A stretch of DNA of 64,000 bases from Lama guanicoe (taxonomy: Eukaryota): NCBI GenBank assembly GCA_013239625.1, contig MU054187.1, forward strand, positions 12,007,325 through 12,071,324, written 5' to 3'. The notes beneath the pieces are model-generated. The model did no database searches, was not told the DNA's origin, and was given only the letters and a program-made list of their open reading frames with translations. Positions 50,232 through 62,045 of this stretch are shown here, piece after piece. The number at the start of each line of letters is the position of its first letter. The first letter of the stretch is position 1. The translations under genes were made by a program, and so were the position numbers.

Positions 50232-50650
50232 GCATTAGCTTCTCAGAGATGCTGTAACAAAGTCCCACAAACAGGGAAGCCTAAAACAACAGAAATACAT
50301 TCTTCCACAGAGCTGGGGGCTAGAAGTCCCAAATCAAGGTGTCAGCAGGGCTGCACTCCTTCCTAAAGCTCTGGGGGAGAATCCTAGCCTTTTCCAGCAT
50401 CTGGTGGCTACAGGCATCACTCCATCTCTGCGTCTTCTTCACACCTTCTTCTATGTCCTCTCCTGTCTCTTAGAAGACATTTGTCATTGGAGTTAGGCCC
50501 CACCTGGATAATCCAGGATGGTCTCATCATGAGGTCCTTAACTGATTTACACCTGCAAAGACCCTTTTTCCAAATAAGGTCACAATCACAGATTCTGGAA
50601 GTTAGGACGGGGCATATCTTTTGGGGGGCCACCATTCACCCCACTACAAC
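50232..50650 (-). mobile_element. MLT1C/D-like MaLR LTR
   Basis: gatgctgtaacaaagtcccacaaac...aaatcaaggtgtcagcaggg...ggataatccaggatggtctcatc...ccattcaccccactaca. Confidence 0.85.
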
Positions 50651-51997
50651 TACTGAGTCTGAATATTTACTCCTTTGAATATTAATTATCTCATCCTCTC
50701 AATAAAGTGATGACAAATCAGAGCACAAAAACAACAGCTACCCTATTACAGGAGGCATCGGGGAGACAACTAGGGCAAATGCCTTGCTCACACAGTGACT
50801 TGGATTTTCTGGGTATTTCTTTCATGGTTACTTGTTAGAAGGCCAAATCCTGTAGGTTAACGAAAACTGGAGCAAGCCATGATAACCAAAAGTTAAAGAA
50901 TCTTTGGCAAAATCTCTTTCCATGACTCATCTTTTGTAGCATCTTCTTAGCCTCCTGTACCTTGTACCACGCAATAATGCACAGACTGCACCAAGTGGAT
51001 ATTGACATCCTTACATATATTTTTTCATGTGATATCTACATAAATACACTTGAGATTATAAACTACAATGGGAAAGGAGCCTAAAGTTTTTTATTACAGC
51101 TTTTTTTGTGATATAATTCACATACCATGCAATTCACCCATAAGGCATACAATTCAGTGGTTTTTAGTATATTCACAGAGTTGTCAGGACCTAAAATTTA
51201 ACCTCTGTTATACAGGAGAGCAACTGTGAAAGACCTCATCATTTCCACTTGATCATGGTTAAGATTTTTAGTATTTTTTTTTCCGTCAGCGGGTTATTCT
51301 ATACAAGCCCACTTAAAGGAAAGGAGGTAATCACCAGTGATAAACTCATCTTTAATGAAAAGAAGGGCCATTAAAGAGAAAAAAGAGTCAGTTTTCTCTC
51401 AATGTTCATTCATCTTCCCTGAAAGGACACAGAACACTTTCAAACAGTGATGATTAGATCCAAAATTTATATGCTCTGCTTTATATACCCTTTGATTAAT
51501 CCATAACAGCCAATTACCATGGCTTACCTTTATTATTAGATTTTCGCAGCACCATTACACTCCTGACTAATGAAAATGCTAAGAAGAGTCTATTAAGAGC
51601 AGGCACAAGATCATTCTAGCTAATGCCAAACAGTTAATTGTCTTCAAAGTCTGAAGGCATGGTCTTATGATACATGGGACTGAGGCTACATATAAATAAA
51701 TGAGTCCGTGGTAAAGCACTTAGAAGAGCACTGAGCACAAAGCAAGTGTTTGGTGATTAAGATGATCAGATCATACAGAAACCAGGACACTTGCGAGCAA
51801 GAAAGGTATGCAACTGTATTAGCTGTTATTATTTTATAGCACCTATCTATTTTCCCTAATTAAAATAACACAAATGGCCCTTCTTAACAATATTAATTTA
51901 TAATTAAATCTTGGAAAGAAATTGCACATAGACTTTGCAAGATTTTCCATTAAAGTACATATAAATAAATAAAATAAATGACCTTTGGCTGCCACTT

Positions 51998-52147
51998 TTG
52001 TTTGGTTTTGGTTTTTTTGTTTGCTTTGGGGGGGTAATTAGTTTTTTTTTTATTGTTATTTTTCATTTAACAGACATACTGGGGATCGAACCCAGGATCT
52101 CATACATGCTAGGCATGTGCTCTACCACTGAGCTATACCCTCCCCAC
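51998..52147 (-). mobile_element. Vic-1-type SINE
   Basis: ggggatcgaacccagg...ctctaccactgagctataccctcccc; perfect 12-bp TSD tggctgccactt at 51986 and 52148. Confidence 0.92.
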
Positions 52148-52636
52148 TGGCTGCCACTTCCATATCACACTGTATTGCCCCCCAAACCCACATCAGCAAC
52201 AACACAGATTAGTTACTAAACAACCAAAGGATATACATGTATGAGCCTGGTCAGTTCACCTTGAGCCAAACGTGCAAGCACCAGTTGGTCTGCAGATGCC
52301 AGCCTCTTTCTTAACACATTTGGATTTCTGGGGCAATGAATCTGTCACTTTTTGACATGTGATCAATTTTCTAATAATTGAATGTTAAGAGGAATGGGTG
52401 GACCATCGGTCTTTGCACTCGAGCTACAAGGAAGTACACAAATGAATTTTCCAGGTCATAGAAGCTTCCATCAACACTTCCAATCATTATAGGTAGGACT
52501 CTTCCTAAATGTGTGAACCTCATTAACAATGGTTTCCAGGTCTTTCTTTTAGGAAATCTCATTTCGTATCCCGAAAAAATACGGCTACAGGTCAGCTCAG
52601 CACTTTACACTTACAGGGAAAAAAGAACATGAATGC

Positions 52637-53293
52637 AGGATGACACCTGCACCCCAGTGTTCATAGCAGCACTATTTACAATAGCCAAAACATGGAAACG
52701 GCCTAAATGTCCATCAACAGGTGACTGGATAAAGAAGATGTGGTGTATTTATACAATGGAATACTACTCAGCCATAAAAACTGACAACGTAACGCCATTT
52801 GCAGCAACATGGATGCTCCTGGAGAATGTCATTCTAAGTGAAGTAAGCCAGAAAGAGAACGTAACGCCATTTGCAGCAACATGGATGCTCCTGGAGAATG
52901 TCATTCTAAATTCTAAGTGAGTAAGCCAGAAAGAGAAAGAAAAATACCATATGAGATCGCTCATATGTGGAATCTAAAAAACAAAAACAAACAAACATAA
53001 ACAAAGCATAAATACAGGACAGAAATAGACTCATAGAGAATACAAACTTGTGGTTGCCGGCGGGTGGAGGGTGGGAAGGGATAGACTGGGATTTCAAAAT
53101 TGTAGAATAGATAAACAAGATTACACTGTATATAGCACAGGGAAATATACACAAAATGTTGATAACTCACAGAGAAAAAAATGTGACAATGAGTGTGTAT
53201 ATGTCCATGAATGACTGAAAAATTGTGCTGAACACTGGAATTTGACACAACATTGTAAAATGATTATAAATCAATACAAAATGTTAAAAAAAA
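52637..53293 (+). mobile_element. Young 5'-truncated L1 3' end with internal 72-bp tandem duplication
   Basis: ORF 52633..52920 DTCTPVFIAALFTIAKTW..PKCPS..DWIKKMW.IYTMEYYSAIK is the L1 ORF2 C-terminus; polyA; TSD atgaatgc at 52629 and 53294. Confidence 0.93.
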
Positions 53294-54554
53294 ATGAATG
53301 CTGTATTCACTCTGCTGACATGGGTGCCTCTGTTCATTTACAGTCAGAGAAGGAGCCCCCGGAATCAACATCTCACAGAATCCTTCATTATGATTTTCTA
53401 GCCTGGAAATTTTGTCCTTTTTCCCTCTGTGACTCTGAACAGATGCCAACCACCTTCACAGACCATGTCCAAGCATCCCCAGGGTGAGGCACCAATCTGG
53501 GTTGGCCATTTATAATGCTACCCTTTCTCCCAACCCACCCCCATCACTCAGGAAAGTATACTGGAAAAAAGCAAGTGAGTAAGAGAGAGAGTATCGTATG
53601 AGTAATCGCACATCTGCTCTGATTTTCTTTTTTAAGCAAACCAACTAGGGTGTATTTGTAAACTTGATACGTTATTGAAAACAACATTTGTGAATTACCT
53701 TCCAACTTCCTTTGACACATGAGTGTGTGTACTCTGACTCCCCTTGCCTTGATGGTTCTGCAGGGAGGCCACCTTCCCCTTTCTCCCCAGAATATTCATT
53801 CACTGTTTGTTTACTCATTTGCTATTCTTTTATTCTCTCCACAAACATTTAATGAGTTATTTACGGTGTCACATGCTAAGGAAACATGATGATGGAGACC
53901 AAAAGTCCTCTGCTGCCAACGAGCTCATATCTAATGAGGGAAGTTAGGTATATCAACAGAAGAAATGGAGGTGAGAGAAGGGACGGGGTTAGGGATAGAG
54001 ACACTGCATCTGATAGGTGGATAGATGATTGACAGCTGAGGACAAGCGCTGTGTGGAGATGCATTTGAGAGACCAGAAGGGCCTCTGACTCTTCTGTGGG
54101 AGAAAGGTGGTCAGGGAAGCTGGAGGAGCTGGGACACTCCGACGGCCAGGTGAGGCAGGGCAGGTCTTCCAGGAGCACCATGGCCGTACTCTGTAGCGAG
54201 CATGCAGGCCTGCAGCAGCAGTGTGGATACACTCACTTAGGCCTCAGTGCAGTCTGAAGATGTAAGAAAGCTGATAAGTCTGGCAGGATAAGGGATACAG
54301 ACGGGATTTTTTTTTTTTTTTTAAGTAAGCCAGGAGAAAACAGATCTGAGAGGATTGTAAGGGCCAGCAGGAGGGTGTTAGATGAGAGATCCCCCTCCTC
54401 TGAGCCTTCCCTGCCTCACTCTTGTTCACTTGTACTCTTTTTCTCACAGCCCCCTCAACTCCCAGAAGCAGCCAGCTTAAATCTTATTAGTTTGGATCTA
54501 AAAACCTAGTGATCATTGAATTTCCTAAAATTTCAGGGTTTTTAAAATACTTCC

Positions 54555-55005
54555 TTTGCACAAAGGCTTGAACGTGAACCTTCCTATCAGCATTGTTCAT
54601 AATAGCCAAAAACTTAACTGGCTGTATATCCATACAGTGGAGTATTCTTCAGCATGAAAAGGAACAAACTGTTGATACTTGAAACGACATAGATGCACCT
54701 CAAATACACGACACCCAGGAAAAGAAGCCAGAGACATATTGTATGATGTATATACTACCTACTTTTATGAAATTTCGAAAAACAGAAAATTACCTATAGA
54801 GAAAGAAAGTGGATCAGTGGTCAGCTGTGTCTGACGGTAAGAGTGGGGGCCGATTGCAAAAGAGCAGGTGGGAACTTTTTGGGGTGATAGGAATAGTCTA
54901 AAACTGGATTGTGGGATTGGTAGCACAATGTAAATTTATTACAAGTCATTTAACTGTGCACTTACTGTAGTAAATTTTATAGTATGTAAATTATACCTCA
55001 TTCTA
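54555..55005 (+). mobile_element. L1MB/MC-like 3' end
   Basis: cagcattgttcataatagccaaaa...ggaactttttggggtgatagg...tatagtatgtaaattatacctca. Confidence 0.8.
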
Positions 55006-55664
55006 AAAATGTACTAGCCACCTGCCTATTCTTTTAAGAAAATATATTGAGCATTGTTGAACTCTTTTCTTCAGGGTCTTCAGCATAAATACATGTATGA
55101 TCAGTATAGTGGTGTGATTAGGTGATAAACTGTGTAATCCCCTGCAAGTTACAAAATCTCCAAAGCCCTCGGTCTCCTCATTTGTAAAATGAAGATAATA
55201 AAAGTATATACCACGTAGGATTGTTAGAATTAGAACATGTAAAGCACTTAGAAAAAAGTTAACAAAAACTCAGTTTAACAGTAGCTAATACGATGCTAAT
55301 GATTGCTACACCATGATTAGCATAGCACATGGGAGAAGAAGGGAGGAGGTAGGGGAATGGAAACACAACTGAGGTGATGGAATCAAAGGCATTCTTCAAG
55401 GCTCAGCTCCTTATAATCCCTCCAATGTTAGTTTCGTAACAATCTACAGATCATTTAAGCACTGAGTTTTATCAAAAACCTATGATGTTCCAGGCACTTT
55501 GCTTAGATGATCTCCTTTCATTCTTGTAGTAACCCAGTGTGGTCAGCTACTTTACAAGTAAGGACTCCAGGCAAGCCTTGAAGAACAAGTTCTACCTCTA
55601 GTAAGCAACAGTTGTAATTCAGTTCCAAGTTTGTCTGACTTCCAAACTCATGCACTTATCATTA

Positions 55665-55984
55665 CAGTCTTCCCTCATATCTGTGGGGGTGGAGGGACAT
55701 TGGTTCCAGGAACCATCCCGGCTCCCATAACAAAATCCACAGATGCTCAAGTCCCTTATGTAAAATAGCATAATATCTGCATATACACAGATGCTCCCAT
55801 ATACTTTAAATCATCTTTAGATGACTGACAATACCTAATACCTTGTAAATGATATGGAAACAGTTGCCAGTAAGTGACAAATTCAAGTTTTGCTTTTTGA
55901 AACTTTCTGGAATTTTTCTTTTTTTTGGATCTGTGGTTGGTTGAATCTGCAGATGAGGAATTCACAGATATGGAGGGCCAACAG
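55665..55984. mobile_element. MER2-family (TcMar-Tigger) non-autonomous DNA transposon
   Basis: Terminal inverted repeats cagtcttccctcatatctgtg / cacagatatggagggccaacag flanked by TA; internal gatgctcaagtcccttatgtaaaa. Confidence 0.88.
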
Positions 55985-56827
55985 TATATCAATTGAGGAA
56001 GAATAGTAAGAGAGTGGCCAGTTAACTACAGCAAAGGGGAATTTTTGAAAGAGCACTTTAATTTTCATAGACTAGAGCTAGAACAACACTTTCAAGTCCC
56101 ACTGAGATGAAGGTTCAGGAAAATATACTCCTCACTTTAATAATTCCTGGGGCATTTTCAACAGGGGACGCCTTAAATTAGGGGCAGTACTTCTCAAAAT
56201 TTTTCATATGCTATAACACCTGGAAATAGAGGTTCTCATTATGAACAACCACGAAAAACTGACATAAAAAAGGTAATGTAAAAATATATATACTTTGTTC
56301 TGAATTAGATATTACTGCATGTCATATACTAGCTTGCAGGCACTTCTAATAAAAATGTATGGAAAAAAATTTAGGTGATTAATAAACTTGTTTTTTTTTT
56401 GTTTTTTGGGGGTTTTTTTGTACAAATTGGTGACTCTCATTGGTCAAGGGTACAGGGGAGTTCTCTGTACTTTTCTCAAAATTTTTCACCAAGTTTGAAA
56501 CGACTGCAAAAAAAGTTTAAAATAACTGGCATATAATTTTGGGTTTTGATTCTTAATTCAAAGCAAATTGGACTGAATCTAAATGGAAACTTAACTGTAT
56601 CACTGAGAATTAGAAATTATGAAAGCTCTCCATGAGGCAGGTATCAGATATAAAAGACTTGTATTTAATATTTATGACCCAACTTCCAACAAAGCCATTT
56701 TCTCCTACATAAGAGTTTTTCCCCGTCATAGACTCCTCGTTGAATGCTTGGCTGCACCAGCCTGACCAGCTCAGTTGGACAGAGAACTGAGGAGAAGAGA
56801 GCCATGAAATGGAGGCTACAGTGCTGA

Positions 56828-56992
56828 TTATTATTATTTTGTTATTTATTATTGTATTATTTAATTATTTTATTTTGGCAGGGTGGGGAGCAGTAATTAG
56901 GCTTATTTATTCTTAGAGAAGTTACTGGGGATTGAACCCAGGACCTCATGCATGCAAAGCATGCACTCTACCACTTGAGCTATACCCTCCCC
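56828..56992 (-). mobile_element. Vic-1-type SINE
   Basis: ggggattgaacccaggacctcatgcatgc...ccacttgagctataccctcccc. Confidence 0.88.
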
Positions 56993-57134
56993 TTGCTTAT
57001 TTTTTGTTCTCCTCCTAGAAGAGTAGCCTTAGTTGGGGCCAGTGAGATACAAGAAGCTTGCTAAGAAAACTCCCACAGAAATTCAGCCAGCCACTTACTC
57101 AATAATATCGATTTGTGGTACCTTCTATGTGGCA

Positions 57135-57345
57135 GAGTGTTATAGTTGAGAACATGGGCTTGGGAAACACACAGAATGGGGTAAGATCCTGGCCCTGCCT
57201 TACTGACTCTGTAGTCAACATGAGCAAATCACTTCACTTCCTGTGGTATGGTTTCTTCATCTGTAAAATGGGACAATAAGAGTGGCTACCTTACAAGATA
57301 GATGCATTACGTGTGCAGCGCTTAGAAACCGGCTCAGTTAATGCT
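57135..57345 (+). mobile_element. MIR SINE
   Basis: gcaaatcacttcacttcctgtggtatggtttcttcatctgtaaaatgggacaataa. Confidence 0.75.
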
Positions 57346-57499
57346 ACGCACTGAGCTCAGTACTGGAGATGGCAACAGTGAACATGACAGACATGGTCCC
57401 AGGTTGTCCTATGCTGTCACAGCATGGAATACAAACTTACAAAGCAGGAGTGACAACATGTTTTAATTGCCACAGTGGGGACATATAGGAAAATGGCAG

Positions 57500-57722
57500 C
57501 TAATATTCATGTCGTATTTACTCTGTGATGGGCTTTACAGATTCTTAATTCACTTAACCCTCATTAATAACCCTGTGAGGAAGGTACCACTTTGCCCATG
57601 AGGAACTGAGGCACAAAGAGGTTAAGTCACTTGATTAAGGTCACAAAGGAGGCAACCAAGTCAAGACTCTAGCCCAGGCAGTCATAACTGGAGTTCATGT
57701 TCCTAACCATGCCATTCTGCCG
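57500..57722 (-). mobile_element. MIR SINE
   Basis: ataaccctgtgagg...atgaggaactgaggcacaaagaggttaagtcacttg..aaggtcaca. Confidence 0.78.
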
Positions 57723-57744
57723 CCTTTAAGTACCCAAACTCAAA

Positions 57745-59900
57745 CACAAAGGATTAGGGAAGATTTTCTAGAGGAAACAGTGTCCATGCTGAGACATAAA
57801 GGCTGAGTAGTAGTTACCAGACCAGGAATAGAGCAGAGAGGGGCATACAAAAGTATTACATGTAGAAGGAATACGTGTGTGAAGTGGAGCCAAGAGAAAG
57901 TGTGGCGCATCCATCCAGGAACTGCGGGAGCAGGAAAACATGAGCCTGGAGAGAGAAGTAGCTCCCAGACCTTGCGAGAGCTTCTAAGTCACGTCCTGAT
58001 TCAGAGTGCAGACTTTATGCTGAGCAACAGGGAGCCACTGATGATTAAAGCACAAAAGGGGGCATGAACAGACTTACATTTTAGAAAGATTGTTCAGAGA
58101 GAGGCATGAATGCATTGGAAAGGCACAAAACTAGAGGTGGGTGAATAGTTAGAGGTGACATGGCCCATATTATGGAAGTGACGCTGAAATATAAAGAAGT
58201 GGAAAGTTGCAGAATTCAAGAGCTATTTTAAAGAGAAAGATTCAAGTGGTTAAAAAGATCTTGGTGACTGACTAGCTTAGGAAGGAGATGGATGGAAAAT
58301 TCACACATAGATTTAGACTTTGTCTTGGATATATTTGACTAAATAGTTGTGCCCAATGATGGGCACAATAGAGCTCCCCCAAAAAGATGATATCTAAAGG
58401 GAAATAGGATTAAGATTTTGAACGTTTACTTTAAAGAAGGAACAGTGGAGTTAAACCTCATTTGCCTCTTATGCTCCCAGGCACATAACCCATCAATGCT
58501 GTTTCATGAATGAGTGGTCAGATGCACATGGTTCTGAAGTTCCAGAGACTTAGGCTTCAGGTATAAATGAGAGACTCACTTAGCAAATAGCGTTAGAAGC
58601 CATTGAGCTGGAGACACTGTCCTCGAGAGGGTTGTGCAGTAGGAAGGGGGGTAGCAGGCAGGACACCGTTCTGCGGGATGCCACCTTCAAGGGAAGGACC
58701 GAGGAAGTGAGGCTTGTAAAGGAGACTGAAGAAGCCCTGTCGGGGTGATGGAAAGAAAACCACAAGATGGTTTCTGCAATCAAGGGAAGATGACGAAAAT
58801 GTTCCATCCAGAGAAGCCAGCGCTGCTGAAACAACCATTGATGGATGAGGGAAGAGTCCACTGGTTTTAACAACCAGAAAAACCTCAAGTCTTTTTGTCA
58901 AGCCTTTCGAGTGGAGTGGAGGGAGCAAAAACCAGGTGGCAGGGGGAGAGGTGGGAGGTGTGGAAGTGGATGATAAGTGTGCAAACTTCTTTCAAACATG
59001 TGGTCCTGAAAGGGAAGGGAGTGGTGACAGCTGGAGAAGGAAGAGAGTCTTGGGAGAGCTTTGAGTCTGTTGTTTTGTTGTGGTTTGGAGGGAGGGTTTG
59101 GATTTGTTGATGGTGAGGAGGCTATTGATAATAATGCTGATAATTTTATTGTCCTCTTTGTCATTTGAGATAGGGGAATTAGAGAATTTCTTAGGTGAAG
59201 GAGGGAGGGAGAAGCCATTGATTCTAAGGAGGGAGGAACCCACACAGAAGTCTAAGCGAAGCATTTTTGACAGAATAAAGGGCACATCTTCCCTTTTTCC
59301 TTAAGGGCAGGAGGACAGACAGAATGAGTGCAGAACGTCACTTCAGCATGGAGTGGGACAGAACTTGAAGGCATTCTCTTCTGATGGCTTCCACTTTCTC
59401 TGTGAAATTGGAGATCAAGCAAATTTGCTGACACCATGAGAAGCCTCAGAAGTTTTAGGAAAGTAGAGGCTTGAAATAATCACAGTGATGAGTGGGAAAT
59501 CCCACCAGGGCAAAGAAGGAATTGCCAGGCAACGCTGAGGATTCACCTGTAGCTGGTGACAGCAAACTCTAAGTAGCCTTCGGGTACCTTCTCTCCAGCA
59601 GCCCGGGGAGAGGACTGTAGAAAGCAGAACCAGAAGGATCCAGTGTTTGGGTTTTGCCTGGGGACAATGTGACAAAAGGACACAGGGTAAAGGGACTTGG
59701 CAGGAGCATGGTTAGAGAGTTCCCATGAAATCCAAGCCAGGCCAGGAAAGAAGCAAAGACAAGCAAGAGATGAGAGATTGAGAAAGAGCAACTGGGGGAG
59801 GGTCTAGATTTATTTTCTGATTCCAGAGGATAAAGTTCAAAGCCTATCAGGACGAAATCTTTGAAATGAGGTCAAGAAGAAGATAGATCCCTGAGTTATT
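57745..59900 (-). mobile_element. Long degraded L2 LINE
   Basis: Purine-rich antisense L2 text (agggagccactgatg; ttttagaaagat; agaagccattgagctgg; gtggagtggagggagcaaaaacca; ggagcatggttagagag). Confidence 0.6.
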
Positions 59901-60047
59901 TAAAATGGAGGGAATTTGCACTTAATCAGCACATATTAAATGCCAGGCATTATGCTATGATTTGTACATGCGTACACAGGAAGGTATTTTACCTTCAAAA
60001 AAAAATCTGAAAGTTAGCGGTTATTATTCCTATTAAAGAAAAATTGT

Positions 60048-60140
60048 GGGGGTATAGCTCAGTGGTAGAGCACACGTTTAGCATGCACGAGATCCTAGGT
60101 TCAATCCCCAGTACCTCCATTAATAAACAAACAAACAAAT
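60048..60140 (+). mobile_element. Vic-1-type SINE immediately upstream of the RPL13 retrocopy
   Basis: gggggtatagctcagtggtagag (A box)...ggttcaatccc (B box)...cagtacctcca plus (aaac)n tail. Confidence 0.9.
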
Positions 60141-60150
60141 AATTGTACTG

Positions 60151-60964
60151 CTTTCCCCGGCTGTACGCCCTCGCAGGAGGCCGGTCAGCCGCAGCCACGG
60201 CGCCCAGCCGGAATGGCATGATCCTGAAGCCCCACTTCCACAAGGGCTGGCAGCGGCGCGTGGCCACGTGGTTCAACCAGCCCGCGTGCAAGATCCGCAG
60301 ACGCAAGGCCCAGCAGGCCAAGGCGCGCTGCATCACCCCGCGCCGCATCGCCCCGAGCCCCGCGCCGCATCGCCCCGCGCTGCATCGCCCCGCGCCGCAT
60401 CGCCCCGAGCCCCGCGCCGCATCGCCCCGAGCCGCATCGCCCCGCGACCCGCGCCCCGCGCCCGGCCCGCTCCGGCCGGTGGTGAGATGCCCCACGGTCT
60501 GGTACCACACGAAGGTGCGCGCTGGCCGGGGCTTCAGCCTGGAGGAGCTGAGGGTGGCCGGCATCCACAAAGTGGCCCGGACCATCGGGATCTCGGTGGA
60601 CCCGAGGCGGCGGACCAAGTGCACGGAGTCCCTGCAGACCAACGTGCAGCGGCTGAAAGAATACCGCTCCAAGCTCATCCTCTTCCCCAGGAAGCCCTCA
60701 GCCCCCAAGAAGGGAGACAGCTCTGACGAGGAGCTCAAGCTGGCCGCCCAGCTGACAGGACCAGTCATGCCCATACGGAATGTCTACAAGGAAGAGGCCA
60801 GTGTCATCACAGAGGAAAAGAACTTCAAGGCGTTTGCCAGCCTCCGCATGGCCCGGGCCAACGCCCGGCTCTTTGGCTTCCGGGCAAAAAGGGCCAAGGA
60901 AACGGCAGAACAGGATGTTGAAAAGAAAAAATAAAGTGCTGTTGGTAGATTGTGATAAAAAAAA
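60151..60964 (+). pseudogene. RPL13: RPL13 (60S ribosomal protein eL13) processed pseudogene/retrocopy; frame open 60197-60934
   Basis: [28 protein letters not shown]...[16 protein letters not shown]; intronless; pyrimidine-rich 5' start ctttcc; AATAAA overlapping the stop; polyA; TSD aattgtactg at 60141 and 60965; ATG>ACG. Confidence 0.97.
60325..60457 (+). repeat. GC-rich minisatellite inside the RPL13 retrocopy (15-nt GCGCCGCATCGCCCC x7 plus 7-nt spacers)
   Basis: Units start at 60325, 60340, 60362, 60377, 60392, 60414, 60429. Confidence 0.95.
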
Positions 60965-61424
60965 AATTGTACTGAGAAAAGATATTTGCCCATAAGCCAC
61001 CTAGCTTGTCAAAGATTTAGCCTGGATTCAAACTCTGGTCCTACTCTCATCCTCAAATCTCATCAAATTATTCAAAAGTTGCTCCAGAAGTCATTAGAAA
61101 TAATTAAACCACTTTCATATATTTTAAACTAGTTTTTATTTAAAAAGTTCAAACTGTAAAAGTGGGTGCATGTAAGAAGTATATCTCACTCCAGCACTGT
61201 TAAGTTTTTAAAATATCCTGCTAGCATATTTCCTTGCACGCTAGACATATGTCTGTGTGTGTGTACACATACAGTGACAAAAGGTGTGCCAGACACCTCT
61301 GCACCCTCCTTTTCAAACGCAGCAATCTCTCTTGGAAATATTCGATAGAGCACACCTTTTTCCTTTCAGACAGCCTAGTATTCCTCAGGTGCTACAAATG
61401 ATTTAACCCTACAACAGATTATCT

Positions 61425-61571
61425 TTTTCTTTTTCTTTTTTTTTTTTTTAGGTTTTTTTGCGGGGGGGATAATTAGGTTTATTTATTTATTTTTAGAGGA
61501 GGTACCTGGGGATTGAACCCAGGACCTCTTGCATGCAAACACGCACTCTCCCACTTGAGCTATAGCCCCCC
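61425..61571 (-). mobile_element. Vic-1-type SINE
   Basis: ggggattgaacccaggacctc...ccacttgagctatagccccc; atcttttt flanking repeats. Confidence 0.88.
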
Positions 61572-61895
61572 AATCTTTTTCAGTTACAAATAAAGTAGTA
61601 ATGATTACCCTCGTATGTATCCATGTCTCCATCTGGGATTGAATTGGGGTTGAGAATCCTAGTGACCTTGACATTATTTAATGACTAAATTGTATTTTAC
61701 CTCAATGTTCAATTAAACCAAAAAAGTCACCGTTTCTCCTATACCGTACTAAGTTCTCAAGAGAGTTTTGCTCTTTTTCTGTACTCTATTCTGCTCTGCT
61801 GATCTACATATTCATGTGTCAATACTAAAGAAACTGTCACCCTTACTGTAGTTTTATAAAACATTTTGATATCTGTTTAGGGTAAGACTCCCCAG

Positions 61896-62045
61896 GGAGA
61901 TGGGTACAGCTCAGTGGCAGAGCGCATGCTTAGCATGCACGAGGTCCTGGGTTCAATCCCCAGTGCCTCCACTAAGAAATAAATTAAATAAACCTAATTA
62001 CTTCCCCCCACAAAAAAAAAGTAATGTAAAAAAAAAAGAAAAAGG
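61896..62045 (+). mobile_element. Vic-1-type SINE (close to the shared consensus)
   Basis: gggtacagctcagtggcagagcgcatgcttagcatgcacgaggtcctgggttcaatccccagtgcctcc...aaacctaattacttccccc polyA; TSD-like ta(a/g)gactcc. Confidence 0.92.

Noticed and set aside
59080..59304. ORF with signal-peptide-like hydrophobic start
   Set aside because: Lies within degraded antisense L2 sequence; no other support
60048..60119. tRNA-Ala(AGC)-like 72-mer (and similar heads at 24435, 43038, 61896 and the minus-strand copies)
   Set aside because: Stem-disrupting substitutions, A-rich SINE tails, TSDs and many dispersed copies indicate tRNA-derived SINEs, not tRNA genes
60143..60196. N-terminal extension of the 263-aa ORF from TTG 60143
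   Set aside because: Starts inside the TSD and reads through the former 5'UTR; not part of eL13
59995..60774. 259-aa minus-strand ORF and other ORFs overlapping RPL13
   Set aside because: Antisense or alternative-frame shadows of a GC-rich retrocopy running into a SINE
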